A stretch of DNA of 64,000 nucleotides from a virus: the IMG/VR virus record IMGVR_UViG_3300024038_000016. The stretch is one strand, 5' to 3'. The notes under the pieces are model-generated. The model was given only the letters and a program-made list of their open reading frames with translations. It searched no databases and was not told where the DNA came from. How positions within the stretch are numbered: the stretch's first letter is position 1; every line of letters starts with the position of its first letter. Below, piece by piece: positions 17,526 to 25,384 of this stretch. Made by a program: the position numbers and the translations under genes.

Positions 17526-18177
17526 GGTCAAGCTCCCCGTCAAAATCGGCGGGCTCCTGCCAGACGACTTTCCCCAGGTTCGGGTCGTAGACCGTCTTGG
17601 TGCGCTGGACCATGGGCGGGCGCGGCCCCGTGTTCATGTGCGGTAGCAAGCGGTAGCGCGTGAGCGCCCCGCGATAGCGGCCGCGGTTCGGAGGCGTCAC
17701 CGCTTCCAGGTAGCCCGCCTCCGCGAGCATCTGGACGAAGCTCTTCGCCGTTGCTTCGGGCACCGGCATATCGGGCGTGCCGGCGTACGCTGCGACCTCG
17801 CGAGCGTCAAACACGGGCAGGAAGTTGCGGATCGCCATCCACATGTTCTCGCTCGCGCCACCGGCTGTGATTTCGCGGCCGTCTCGGGTGACACGCGGCG
17901 CCTCGACGCCGCGGTCCTGGGCGAGTACGTACCAGCGCGCGCCCTTGCAGCAGCCGCGATGCAGCGCGTGCGTCTTCTCGACGTGCGTCTCGGTCACGAT
18001 GCCGGCTCGACCCAAGCCCTGCAGGTAGGACTCCAGCGAGCACAGTTCCATCTTGGCCAAGCTTGCAATCTCCTGGCGCGTCCAGGCGGCACCCTTGCGC
18101 CCGCGGATCGCTTCCCACGCGCGCTGACGGCCGTTCTTGCCGCCGATCATTTCGAGGTGTGCGGGCTTGCGCGGCAT
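17518..18177 (-). CDS. Double winged-helix protein downstream of MuB
   Basis: Two wHTH-like halves; TGPRPPMVQR..VYDPN C-terminus. Confidence 0.7.
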   Translation of the reverse strand: MPRKPAHLEMIGGKNGRQRAWEAIRGRKGAAWTRQEIASLAKMELCSLESYLQGLGRAGIVTETHVEKTHALHRGCCKGARWYVLAQDRGVEAPRVTRDGREITAGGASENMWMAIRNFLPVFDAREVAAYAGTPDMPVPEATAKSFVQMLAEAGYLEAVTPPNRGRYRGALTRYRLLPHMNTGPRPPMVQRTKTVYDPNLGKVVWQEPADFDGELDHA

Positions 18178-18932
18178 CAGACGCCTCGCACCGGGGCTTC
18201 GCCCGTGTAGAGCTCGCGGCCGTTCCACTTGGCGAGCGTCATCATGTCCTCGCCGACCGTGAGGGACTCATTGCGGATGAGCGAGAGATTCACGCACACG
18301 CGGCGCACTGAGCCTTCGGAGATCTCGACCAGGTGCGCGAGCAAGTCCTCTGCGACAGAGACGCCTGCGCAGTAGAGCGGCGCGAGCTTGGCGGCGTCGC
18401 CCACAGTCACGGGCTGCGCCGGTGCCCAGGCGAGCACGCGGCTGTGGAAGCGCTCCCAGCTTGCGAGCTTCTGCGGCAGCAGCTCTTCGCCCACGAGCAG
18501 GATCGGGCAGCGCGAGCCCTCGTAGATGTCGCGCACGATCTCGATCAGGCCGTCCGAGCGGGTGCAGTAGTCGAACTCGTCCAGGACGAGTGGGCGCATC
18601 GAGCCCGAGAGCTGCGCGCACACGAGATCCAGCAGATGAGGAATTGTGGCCTTGCCCTTGGGGATGGCCACGCCCATCTCGACCAGGATCTTTTCCAGCA
18701 GGCTCTTGCGCGTCCAGGCGCTGCGGATCTGGATGTAGTAGGCGCGATAGAGCATCTGCATCGCGCCGGCAGACATGCTCTTACCCCAGCCTGCCGGACC
18801 GTAGAGCACGCCCAGGCCAGGCAGGCCGGCGTGACGGTCGTTGAGCTTTTCCATGGTCACCGAGACCAGGTCCAGCGCCGCAATCGAGGCGAGGCCCGGC
18901 GGCAGGTTGCGTGGATTGGCGTGGGTCTTCAT
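18177..18932 (-). CDS. MuB-like AAA+ transposition ATPase
   Basis: GPAGWGKS Walker A, LVLDEFD Walker B; adjacent to transposase. Confidence 0.92.
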   Translation of the reverse strand: MKTHANPRNLPPGLASIAALDLVSVTMEKLNDRHAGLPGLGVLYGPAGWGKSMSAGAMQMLYRAYYIQIRSAWTRKSLLEKILVEMGVAIPKGKATIPHLLDLVCAQLSGSMRPLVLDEFDYCTRSDGLIEIVRDIYEGSRCPILLVGEELLPQKLASWERFHSRVLAWAPAQPVTVGDAAKLAPLYCAGVSVAEDLLAHLVEISEGSVRRVCVNLSLIRNESLTVGEDMMTLAKWNGRELYTGEAPVRGV

Positions 18933-18935
18933 ACT

Positions 18936-21233
18936 TCAGGCACCTTTCTGGAGTTGGACGGGCGCAGCGGTGGCAGCCGATGCGCCCGTTTTGTTTTGCG
19001 CCTCGTGGCGGCGCATCTGGGTCTTGAACTCGGGGGCTTGCTGGTACATGCCCCACCACTTCTGCAGCTTCGGTTCGTCGATCACGTCGCCACGCTCAAC
19101 ACGAGCGTTGAGCTCCAGCCACTTGCGAAAGCGCAGCTCGGGCGTCTCCGGGATCTGCACGACCTTGGGTTCTGGATCCGCCGGGATGACGATTGCGTCT
19201 GCCTGGCGGCGCGCCATCGCGGCCTGCAAATCGGCGGGAACCGGCGCGGGTGCCAACTCGCCCGCAAGGCGGCGTCCGGCGATCGCGGCTTGCTCCAGAC
19301 CTTGCGAGCTGTGAGCCTCCGTCCGCGCGGGCAGCGGCGTGAGCTTTCCTGCGGCCTGCGCCTTGTTGCGCAGCAGGCGGCTGAGCTCTGCATCCGGATC
19401 GATTTTTGACGCGGCGCGCATCGTGCGTTTGGCATCTTTGACGCGCTTGGCTTGGGCGCTGCGGCAGTGCGCGGCGAGCTCCTTGCGCGACACGCCCTTG
19501 CGCTCTGGACACACCGCCACGCAGACGAACTGTCCGTCCTGATAGACGATCACTTCGCCGAAGTCCTCGGTCTCGCGCAGGGTCACTTCGGTGCCCACTT
19601 CCACGTGCGCGAAGAGTGCCGGCGCGGCGTACCAGGCGCCGTCCAAGTGGATGCCCTTCTTCTGCAGGGTGCGGGTGCCGCCGCCGGCAGCCGGCAATAG
19701 CAAGATGTCCAGCGCGCGTTCGTTCTGGATGCGGCGGACCTTGCCCCGCCAGGCGGCGGTGCGTGCAAAGGGCGCGGTGTTCGTCTCGCCGTGCGCGCGC
19801 TGCTCGTAGGTGCCGACGAGCCAGTCATTGATCGTGGCCTGCAGCTCGTTCGGGGTCATGTCGAGCTCGACCACCGAGTCCTTCTTGAACAAGCGTTCCG
19901 AGAAGGCGCGGCGGGCTTCGATCGCGCTGCGCTCGGCAACCGAATGGCCTATGAAGTTGGGCAGCAGCTCCAGGATGGAGTGCAGCATCACGCCGATGCC
20001 GCGTTCGACGTGCGGCTTCTGCCAGGGCGAGAACGGGGCCGTAGTGCGGTGCTTGATGTCCAGCGCGTTGAGCACCTGGACGAACTCGCGCGCCACGTAG
20101 TCTTTGCCGTTGTCGGTGACGATCTCTTCGGGCACGCCCCAGGCGAGCAGCGCCAGGCGCAGGCAGAACATGTGCGTCTGCGCCTTAGGCGTGCGGGCGA
20201 GGACCACGATCATCCGGCGCGAATAGACGTCGATCACGACCGAGCACGCGTAGCGCCGACGCTCGCCGCTCTCCGGATCGGTCAGCATCCAGTCGGCCGG
20301 CGTGGCGTCCATCTCCCAGCGCTGGTTCAGACGCTCGACATCCTCCGAGGCATTGCCGACCGCGGACATGGCCTTGTTCTTCCACTCGTCCGGGTTGGTC
20401 AGCGCCAGGAAGAGCTCCGGGTGCTTGGCCTTCCAAGCCTTCACGAAGCGGTCCGCGGCCCAATAGCTGGGCGCCTCAAACAAGACTTCGCCGGTCTCGG
20501 CGTCGATCGACGCACCCTTCAGGAGCTCGACCAGGTCAGTCGTCTTGATGTGCGGTTTGGCCGTGATCACCGCCAGCGCGGCGGAGTAGAGCTCCGGCTG
20601 CTTGGTGAAGACATTCACGTCCTTGAGCAGCCGGCCGTCTTGCTTATCGATCAGGCCCGCGAGCCCATCGCGGGTGTAGTCGGTCACGAAGCGCTCGACG
20701 CTGCGCGCAGAGACGGTCGGGAAGGCTTCACGCACGGCAGCCGTGATCTGGGCCAAGCGCAGCTCGTCCGCGTTATAGGCATCGGCGAAGATTGCGAGAC
20801 CGGCCTTCTTGCCCATCGGTTGCGCCTGGACGAACCAGACTTCCCAGCCCTGGACGATCGCCCACCGCGCGTCAAAGCGCGCTTGCTGGTTGGGCGTGAG
20901 CTTCGCCACCAGATCGGCCAGAGCGGCTTCGCCCTTGGCTTGGCGGGAAGCTTCTGCGGCGGCTTCGTCGCGGTTGAAAGCTTCCATGGCGGCGATCTTC
21001 CGGGCGGCAACATCGCCGCGGGCCCGGATGCCTTCTGCGCGCTCGATGAGCTTGGCCATGGCGGGCGTTGGAAGGTATTCACGTCGGATCCCGCCGCGAC
21101 CGCGGCTGCGGTGCTCCGTGAAGGCGATCTGTTCGCGCTCGACTAGGTCCTGCCAAGCGCGCGCTGACGTCGGATAGTTCGGAAGCTTGAGCGCTGCGAG
21201 TTCTGTGCAGGAGTAATGGGTCTTGAGCGTCAA
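18936..21233 (-). CDS. MuA-like DDE transposase
   Basis: WEMDAT, VTDNGKDY, KPHVER catalytic D-D-E; N-terminal Mu DNA-binding-like domain; start could be 21233, 21236 or 21290. Confidence 0.95.
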   Translation of the reverse strand: MTLKTHYSCTELAALKLPNYPTSARAWQDLVEREQIAFTEHRSRGRGGIRREYLPTPAMAKLIERAEGIRARGDVAARKIAAMEAFNRDEAAAEASRQAKGEAALADLVAKLTPNQQARFDARWAIVQGWEVWFVQAQPMGKKAGLAIFADAYNADELRLAQITAAVREAFPTVSARSVERFVTDYTRDGLAGLIDKQDGRLLKDVNVFTKQPELYSAALAVITAKPHIKTTDLVELLKGASIDAETGEVLFEAPSYWAADRFVKAWKAKHPELFLALTNPDEWKNKAMSAVGNASEDVERLNQRWEMDATPADWMLTDPESGERRRYACSVVIDVYSRRMIVVLARTPKAQTHMFCLRLALLAWGVPEEIVTDNGKDYVAREFVQVLNALDIKHRTTAPFSPWQKPHVERGIGVMLHSILELLPNFIGHSVAERSAIEARRAFSERLFKKDSVVELDMTPNELQATINDWLVGTYEQRAHGETNTAPFARTAAWRGKVRRIQNERALDILLLPAAGGGTRTLQKKGIHLDGAWYAAPALFAHVEVGTEVTLRETEDFGEVIVYQDGQFVCVAVCPERKGVSRKELAAHCRSAQAKRVKDAKRTMRAASKIDPDAELSRLLRNKAQAAGKLTPLPARTEAHSSQGLEQAAIAGRRLAGELAPAPVPADLQAAMARRQADAIVIPADPEPKVVQIPETPELRFRKWLELNARVERGDVIDEPKLQKWWGMYQQAPEFKTQMRRHEAQNKTGASAATAAPVQLQKGA

Positions 21234-21328
21234 CACCCACCTCTCAGAAGGGTGAGAGCGCCCCTCGCCGTAGAATGGCTGTGCAGGCATCCAATCTGCA
21301 CACCATCTACTTTTACGAAGGAGCCCTC

Positions 21329-21526
21329 ATGACTGAACAAGAGATCGAGTCCACCGCCCATAGTCACGCCTACGGACTCCTGCAGGAGATCATCAGGAAT
21401 CAGCCGAACCTCTTCCATCAAAGTGCGATGACGTCTGAGCATGGAAGGCGAGCTGGTGAGCATTTGAATTCGCTGTACGACGAACTGGTGAAAATCAACG
21501 TGAAGAACTTGAAGGCGACTGGCTGA
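21329..21526 (+). CDS. Small counter-oriented protein within early operon
   Basis: GAAGGAG RBS 5 nt before ATG, upstream TAGAAT; 65 aa. Confidence 0.6.
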   Translation: MTEQEIESTAHSHAYGLLQEIIRNQPNLFHQSAMTSEHGRRAGEHLNSLYDELVKINVKNLKATG

Positions 21527-21884
21527 TCGTTGAGAAGCCTTCGAGCATCGCCGTAACGGCGTTCTTGATGTCGTGGCTGGTTTTGCCCTCGCGGGCGAGG
21601 TCAGCCACGACCTGTGCGGCCAGTTCTGCTTGGCGTTCACCGATCGACCCAGAAGGTGTTGCTTCGGGTCGCGCCTTGATCCGGCAGTCGGCTGCGAGAC
21701 GAATCGTGAGATCGCCGTTGTTCCAGCCCACAACGGCCCGGTGCAGCACTTCGACGGCCAGGGGCCGACTCTTCAACCAAGCGAAAAGCTCTTGTTCGTT
21801 GCTCACTGCTTCTTCTCCTTGAATCTGCGTGGTAACCATCTGGGCCGTAAGCCCAGACAAACGCGCGGGGGTTAGCGGGTTCAT
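21495..21884 (-). CDS. Hypothetical protein
   Basis: Overlaps stop of upstream gene at 21884. Confidence 0.55.
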   Translation of the reverse strand: MNPLTPARLSGLTAQMVTTQIQGEEAVSNEQELFAWLKSRPLAVEVLHRAVVGWNNGDLTIRLAADCRIKARPEATPSGSIGERQAELAAQVVADLAREGKTSHDIKNAVTAMLEGFSTISQSPSSSSR

Positions 21885-22363
21885 TACGTGGACGCGAACA
21901 GATCCAGCTCAGGGGCTTGCATCCGCAGCACGCTCTCGCGTTGAAACGCGATCTCGCCCAGCAAGGTCGCGAGCGCGTCCGCGGTCTCGCGCGGGTCGGC
22001 CTTTCGCTCATAGCAGCGCATCAGCAACGCCAGCACTTCGCCCTGGAATACCTGAAGCTCGGCGAGGTTCAGCGGGGACACCCGACCGGTCGGCATCGCG
22101 ACAACTAGGCGGCCGGCTTGTGCGGAGAGGAAGTCCGTCAGGTAATGCGCGCCGCCACAGGCGTGCTCGAAGGGCGCGACCGAACAGATCGGCATGCGGT
22201 CTTCGCCCAGCCACTTGTACAAAGTGTCCTGTTTCGTACCCATCAAACCGGCGACTGCCTTGATGCCGCGGTTGTGATGCCTCAAGGCGTGCGCCAAGTT
22301 CAGCTCTGTCGCGTGCCCGATGGAATGGGCCGGTCGCACCGGTTTCCACTTCTTCGTTCGCAT
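21884..22363 (-). CDS. HTH-containing early regulatory protein
   Basis: IKAVAGLMGTKQDTLYKWL HTH-like; ends ELDLFAST. Confidence 0.7.
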   Translation of the reverse strand: MRTKKWKPVRPAHSIGHATELNLAHALRHHNRGIKAVAGLMGTKQDTLYKWLGEDRMPICSVAPFEHACGGAHYLTDFLSAQAGRLVVAMPTGRVSPLNLAELQVFQGEVLALLMRCYERKADPRETADALATLLGEIAFQRESVLRMQAPELDLFAST

Positions 22364-22407
22364 TGGATCGCTCCTCATTTCCGACCTTCCAAACGCCGTG
22401 CTGGCCT

Positions 22408-22827
22408 TCAGGCCCCGGCCTGTTCCACACTGGATTTCAGAACTTCGGACCCAGAAGGCCGCGATGAACCACCACAGACTTGACTCTTGTTTGGCGAAAC
22501 TTCCGAACTTTGACGCGTCAAAAGTTTCGAACCTGAGCTACCATCGGCCAGCGCTATGCGTGAGTCATTGGGATAGCGAGACGGCCAGATCAACTCCGGA
22601 GAGACGCCAATGGCCTCGGCGATCAAGCGTTGCGCCTTCGGAAATGGACGCGACAAAGCGACCGTCAGCGTTCCGTGGGACGCATAGCCGTGGTGTTTGG
22701 CGAGTTGCCGCACGCTCCAGCCGGCCTTGCGTAGGCCCGCCACGATGTCGGCGCGGTGCCAGTCCGTAAGGGCTGGTTTTTTTGCCGGTTTTCGTTCGCC
22801 CATGGGTGAATTACTCCGTTCGTCCAT
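22408..22827 (-). CDS. ner: Ner/Nlp-like repressor
   Basis: DWHRADIVAGLRKAGWSVRQL..PFPKAQRLIAEAIGVSPELIWPSRY; alternative start 22803. Confidence 0.92.
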   Translation of the reverse strand: MDERSNSPMGERKPAKKPALTDWHRADIVAGLRKAGWSVRQLAKHHGYASHGTLTVALSRPFPKAQRLIAEAIGVSPELIWPSRYPNDSRIALADGSSGSKLLTRQSSEVSPNKSQVCGGSSRPSGSEVLKSSVEQAGA

Positions 22828-22834
22828 GGGCTAA

Positions 22835-22863
22835 ATGATGCTGAAGTGTGATGCGGAAGTCAA
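22835..22863 (-). promoter_or_regulatory. Early promoter (Pe-like) TTGACT-N17-CATCAT
   Basis: Sigma70-like hexamers with 17-bp spacer, overlapped by palindrome CGGAAGT-CAAC-ACTTCCG. Confidence 0.7.
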
Positions 22864-22997
22864 CACTTCCGAATTAGGTGGCGCCCTGATTGATGTGTTT
22901 CTTGGGCTTTTACTTACACATCAATCGTTTGGAAATAACGAAGATAGATGCGGAATTTGGAAGTTGACTTCCCTATTCGCACCGAAGGAAAAATGAA

Positions 22998-23540
22998 GTG
23001 AGTGAGCCGCTAGAAAACCGTGATGCGATGCTGGACCGCTTCAAGGAGGCGACCGGCGGGCGGCCGTACGCTTGGGCGGCCCGCAACCAGATCCCGCGCC
23101 ACGTCGTGGTCTCGTTGTTGAACGGAACGTATGCGCCACAGCGCAAGACGCGGCTGCTCATCGAAGAGCGGACGGGCCTCAGCGCGGAGTGGTTGGTCTA
23201 TGGAAGGGGCCCGAAGTGGCTAGCTGGGCGCGAAGAGGTCGAGGCGTCTGAGTCGCCCGCGGGCGCTGCTGAAGCACGCGCGCCAGAAGCGCGCAGCACA
23301 TCGTCGGAGCCGGACTATTTGACCAACGGGAAAGACCTTGCCCTGATGGCAGTGGCCTCTGCCGCCGTCAACATGTTCCTGGATGATCTGGACCTGGACA
23401 ACATGAGCGCTGAGCAAGAGGGGGCGCTGGTCGGCATGCTTTACGACAAATTCTTCGAGCGCCGAAGGACTGCCACCGCACGCATGATGGCCGACTTCCT
23501 GGTTGCCGCTTGGAGGAGCTCACGCCAATCCGCGGCCTAG
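22998..23540 (+). CDS. Prophage repressor (Mu c position)
   Basis: Divergent from ner; N-terminal HTH ending GLSAEWLVYGRGP; no peptidase domain seen. Confidence 0.8.
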   Translation: MSEPLENRDAMLDRFKEATGGRPYAWAARNQIPRHVVVSLLNGTYAPQRKTRLLIEERTGLSAEWLVYGRGPKWLAGREEVEASESPAGAAEARAPEARSTSSEPDYLTNGKDLALMAVASAAVNMFLDDLDLDNMSAEQEGALVGMLYDKFFERRRTATARMMADFLVAAWRSSRQSAA

Positions 23541-24049
23541 TCAAATCTGACAGTTTTAACAGTTGTGCGGACTTGCGTCGCGCCCCAAACTAGTGCCTTT
23601 TTGTGCCGCATTTGCGGCCTGAAGCGTGCGATGCCTTTTCGAGTCTTCCCTGGTTTGACGGCGCAGGAGCGCCGCAGCGGTACACCTCGTCGCCGGTCGG
23701 ATGGCTTTGTCAGTATTGCCGGCGTGGCCATCGGCGCCGCCCACTCGGTGGTCGCGCTCGGCAGCGTGGCCGCGAACGAACACTGCTATCAGCCGCGTTC
23801 GCGTCAAACAGCGGCCGACGAATCCGGAGGAGGACCGGCGGCGCCCGCCGGAGGGTTCAGTGCCAACTTGCCCGCTAACGCTCCGATTTTCGTTCGAGAC
23901 GCGCGCCACTCGGCCCGCTCTCGCCTGCTGGTCGTAGGCTCGCGCACCTTCAATGCTGGCGCGGGTCTCGCGGTGTCCCGGCTCATCCCGGCTCATCCCG
24001 CTTCGGTCAGGCTCCGTGCCAACTCCCGTGCATCCCCACACGACTGAAT

Positions 24050-24085
24050 GAAAAAGGCCCGGTGCTTTCGCATCGGGCCTTTTTC
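24050..24085. terminator. Intrinsic terminator after tRNA 3' fragment 1
   Basis: 12-bp perfect inverted repeat GAAAAAGGCCCG/CGGGCCTTTTTC. Confidence 0.8.
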
Positions 24086-24090
24086 GCATT

Positions 24091-24114
24091 TGGTTGCGGG
24101 ACTGGGATTTGAAC
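24091..24114 (-). other. tRNA 3'-end fragment 1 (att-like)
   Basis: GTTCAAATCCCAGTCCCGCAACCA resembles T-loop to CCA of tRNA-fMet; no 5' half. Confidence 0.75.
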
Positions 24115-24164
24115 GCCATCTGCCGCGCGCTTGTGTCCGGCGCGTGCCGAAACGCTGACGCACA

Positions 24165-24199
24165 AATGCGAAGCGCCGGACTAGCCGGCGCTTCGCATT
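24165..24199. repeat. 15-bp perfect hairpin after tRNA 3' fragment 2
   Basis: AATGCGAAGCGCCGG-ACTAG-CCGGCGCTTCGCATT. Confidence 0.85.
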
Positions 24200-24205
24200 G
24201 AATCG

Positions 24206-24229
24206 TGGTTGCGGGGACAGGAGTTGAAC
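24206..24229 (-). other. tRNA 3'-end fragment 2, likely att junction of the siphoprophage
   Basis: GTTCAACTCCTGTCCCCGCAACCA; located at the prophage edge. Confidence 0.75.
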
Positions 24230-24266
24230 GCTATTTGCCACGCCTGATCGAGTTTAAGGGGCTGCG

Positions 24267-24413
24267 ATGATCGCTACTACCACCATAGGCCTTTGCGGCC
24301 TAGGCCTGCTCTGCGTTGTCGCATGGGCAGTTCGCCATCTCTCCAGGGCGCTGCCGCCGGCGAATGATTCCGGCCCGAGCGCGGCAGAAAGGATCGCTGA
24401 CCGCCAGTGGTAG
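24267..24413 (+). CDS. Small membrane peptide (48 aa) ending IADRQW, not in ORF track
   Basis: AAGGGG RBS; one TM segment; C-terminus matches the 24547 peptide. Confidence 0.55.
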   Translation: MIATTTIGLCGLGLLCVVAWAVRHLSRALPPANDSGPSAAERIADRQW

Positions 24414-24546
24414 CGCGACTCAATCTTCACTCCTGAGAACCTGTCCGCCGCTCTTGAGCGCGCGCAACGGATGGCGCGTGAACAATTCCCAGAAGTTGTC
24501 TTACCGGACCGGTATCCTGTCGGACAACGCCTACAACAACAGCCGT

Positions 24547-24708
24547 ATGCCAGCGTCCGACACCGAGATTTACATCTGGGGCTTCTGCCTACTTGGTTTC
24601 CTCGTATCAATATGGGTCGCGTGGCGCGCACTGATCGCGCGGCTCAAGCCCGCCGGCAGTACGTCACAGCCGAGTGAGAGAGAGCAAATTGAAGACCGGC
24701 AGTGGTGA
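24547..24708 (+). CDS. Small membrane peptide (53 aa) ending IEDRQW
   Basis: TM IYIWGFCLLGFLVSIWVAW; distal part of track ORF 24316..24708. Confidence 0.5.
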   Translation: MPASDTEIYIWGFCLLGFLVSIWVAWRALIARLKPAGSTSQPSEREQIEDRQW

Positions 24709-25384
24709 GGCGCACGGCCTGCGCAGCGCCATCGCGCTCCTGATCGGCGGCGCAGCCCTGGTCTTTGGCCTCTATTTCCTGCAGTTCCATGGAGCGTTGA
24801 GCGAGAACCGGGACGACTGGGCGGCGTTTGGCAGCTACGCCAGCGGAGCCTTTTCGTTCCTGACGCTCTGCGGTGTCGCCTTCACCATCAAACTACAGGC
24901 CGATCAGCTCCGGCTGATTCAGTCGCAGTCACATCTTGAGGAGCTGCAGCGGATGGCGGCATCGACGTCTACCAGCATCGACGCCCTCCTGAATCTCGAG
25001 CAGCCGACCGTCGAGATGCCCGACGCAATCGGGCGCCCGCCAACGGTCGCGAGCATCCTAGGCGTATACACAGTGTACGAGCGCGTTACCGACAAGGACG
25101 AGCGCGCCTTTCTACAGGGATTCTTCGAGGCGGACGCCCGCGACGCCCTTGATACCCCGAGCTACGTCCTCACCGAAGAGCTCGACCAACTGGGGGAGTG
25201 CCTATCCTGCTTCGAAGATTCAGGCGGCAATCCTCAGATCGCTGCAATTTACCGTCGCAGATACCGCGATGTCGTCGCCGTTCTCCGGGATCACTTCAAG
25301 CTTGAGGCAGAAGGCCCGGCGGCGCGATTCTTCATTCGGAAATCCGACCCAATCCCTGCCGCACCACCCAAGACCGTAAGTTGA
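24674..25384 (+). CDS. Two-TM membrane cargo protein (moron)
   Basis: Two TM segments, DWAAFGSYASG..TIKLQ..L pattern; opposite strand to late genes. Confidence 0.75.
   Translation: MRESKLKTGSGEAHGLRSAIALLIGGAALVFGLYFLQFHGALSENRDDWAAFGSYASGAFSFLTLCGVAFTIKLQADQLRLIQSQSHLEELQRMAASTSTSIDALLNLEQPTVEMPDAIGRPPTVASILGVYTVYERVTDKDERAFLQGFFEADARDALDTPSYVLTEELDQLGECLSCFEDSGGNPQIAAIYRRRYRDVVAVLRDHFKLEAEGPAARFFIRKSDPIPAAPPKTVS

Larger units (their letters stand above)
1..23684 (-). mobile_element. Mu-like (BcepMu-type) transposable prophage, truncated at left window edge
   Basis: Gene order repressor<>ner, DDE transposase, AAA ATPase, gemA, mor, lysis, gp25-gp30-like, protease, capsid, gp36/gp37, sheath; right boundary approximate. 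Confidence 0.95.

Noticed and set aside
21230-21733. 167-aa minus-strand ORF whose stop overlaps the transposase start
   Set aside because: Overlaps two better-supported ORFs and has unnatural composition; the TTGA overlap may be chance
23556-24119. ORFs spanning the inter-prophage gap on both strands
   Set aside because: Cross terminators and att fragments; no motifs
24050-24243. Possible CRISPR array or intact tRNA
   Set aside because: Only two degenerate units, no cas genes, and no D-arm or anticodon arm
24316-24546. N-terminal part of track ORF 24316..24708
   Set aside because: No RBS or protein-like composition; only the part from ATG 24547 looks coding
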